The position numbers and the translations under genes are program-made. A DNA stretch of 64,000 nt from Paraspadella gotoi (lineage: Eukaryota > Animalia > Chaetognatha), in NCBI GenBank assembly GCA_051294375.1, contig CM119267.1, positions 20,399,476 to 20,463,475 of the forward strand, given 5' to 3'. Below the pieces are notes generated by a model, which had not been told where the DNA came from, searched no databases, and was given only the letters and a program-made list of their open reading frames with translations. Positions 48,054-64,000 of the stretch are shown piece after piece. How positions within the stretch are numbered: position 1 is the stretch's first letter; each line of letters starts with the position of its first letter.

Positions 48054-49437
48054 AACGTCATTTGTCTATGTTACCGTTTTTTTTTCTCACACGCATACAA
48101 AAAAAATTTACAAAATCGAAAAATAGAAAAAGGGGTGTGTTTGCGTTGAAGTTATCTGAATGCTTGTAAATAACGGAAGGAGGTCGACGTGTCGGGAAGA
48201 AACTTTCGCCCCCTAACAGACGACCCAAAAATTCCAACCAGGACGATGGAAGGATAATTTTCTTTACTCTCGATCTCGCTGCGCTGAGGAAGCCCTCGAT
48301 TTTTTTTTTTCGAAAACGTTTCGACAAAACCTTCAACATCGTATCTGCTTCTCCATCTTTGTCAAACTGTCTGCTTAGTGTTTGTTTTATTTTTTTTGGA
48401 ACTTGAATGGAAATTGAAAGAACAAGAGAAAGAATGAATATAGGCAAAAATAATAACGAAAAACCAGAAGCCGAACTTGTATAAAAATTTAATAATTAAT
48501 TAATGCACAATTGAAATTAGTGTAACTTTCCATAATTTGTAAAAACAACGAAGTAACTAACAGTTAAATATTATATTAAACCGACCCGAACATTGTTGTC
48601 AATGTGTGATGATTTCACCAACTTAAGAACAAAACCCCTATTTTAATAGCATTATACAATTTTTTCAAAAACGAATACAACTACAAAAAAATTTACAAAA
48701 AGCTGTTATTTATTAAGAGAACCGGTTTTTGTTCAGTAGGTTGGTAATTTCGAAACTTAAAAGAACGGTGGATTTATTCGTCAACATTGCAAAAAAAAAA
48801 TTGATGGTCAAGCAGCAGCAAAAAAATTCGAGAAGTTCGGTGGCGACTATTTATTACTATATGAATAATAAGAAAATTGCATGAGCTCTGACGAGGTACA
48901 TTAGTAACAATTTAAATATAATTTTTGTAAATAACAAATCACCTATTTTATGGCAAAAACATTAGTACACAAAAGGACGCTACTGAATAAGTGATTTTTT
49001 TTTAATAAACCAAAAATTGTGTAGAAAAAAACATCACCATTGTGCGAACAAAATACAAGAAAAAACTAAAGAGTTAGTGAAGATATGTAACTCAAGGTAA
49101 AAACCAAGTGAAATCTTTTTCTGCTACTCAGCGAGCCAAGTTATCCGCTTTCTGTTTAATATCGTTTTCCTTATTATCACAATTATAAAAAGACATAAAA
49201 AAATAAGCAAGATCAAGTTTTTAGCAATTGGCAATTGGCAATTGCTAAAATGACGTCATCCATTTAGAGGAAAATGTTTTTCCGAAATAATCTACCGATT
49301 GCTTGGCGTTCAAATAACCGACATTCGAAGACCAGCGTAGTAACTGCTTTGACGCTTTACTCCGCTATCACTTAACGACCGGCCTCGCTTGAAATTTTTC
49401 CCAAGAAGCCGTAAGTTTGTAGTCGTCGTCGTCTATT

Positions 49438-64000
<14,563 letters not shown>

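Overview
Gene-dense, compact animal genomic DNA (protostome-like protein sequences, standard genetic code) with GC/CpG-rich exons and mostly 55-150 nt AT-rich introns. I reconstructed 14 intron-containing protein-coding genes by following splice sites, and all 14 are on the minus strand, head-to-tail. In transcription order they are HECW-type E3 ligase (5' end outside the window), BTB/BACK protein, CSE1L, RUN-PDZ-PTB-like protein, SLK/STK10 kinase, TRMT10C, RPL23A, ataxin-3, an Ig-domain type-I membrane protein, COLGALT, IER3IP1, cytohesin, MED4 and hnRNP U-like (3' end outside the window). Stop-to-next-ATG gaps are about 0.2-1.6 kb. Many contain a 3'-splice-acceptor-like site just upstream of the ATG, and the two shortest show no sense AATAAA. 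The leading hypothesis is a long unidirectional, possibly polycistronic and trans-spliced, gene array. The largest intron (HECW) holds a 4.8-kb non-coding foldback-type DNA transposon with ~940-bp inverted arms, a perfect 9-bp target-site duplication, a 143-bp internal tandem array and a nested TA-flanked element. A TRMT10C intron contains a ~235-nt multi-hairpin ncRNA candidate. Gene identities come from recalled family motifs, not database searches, and coordinates were counted by hand.
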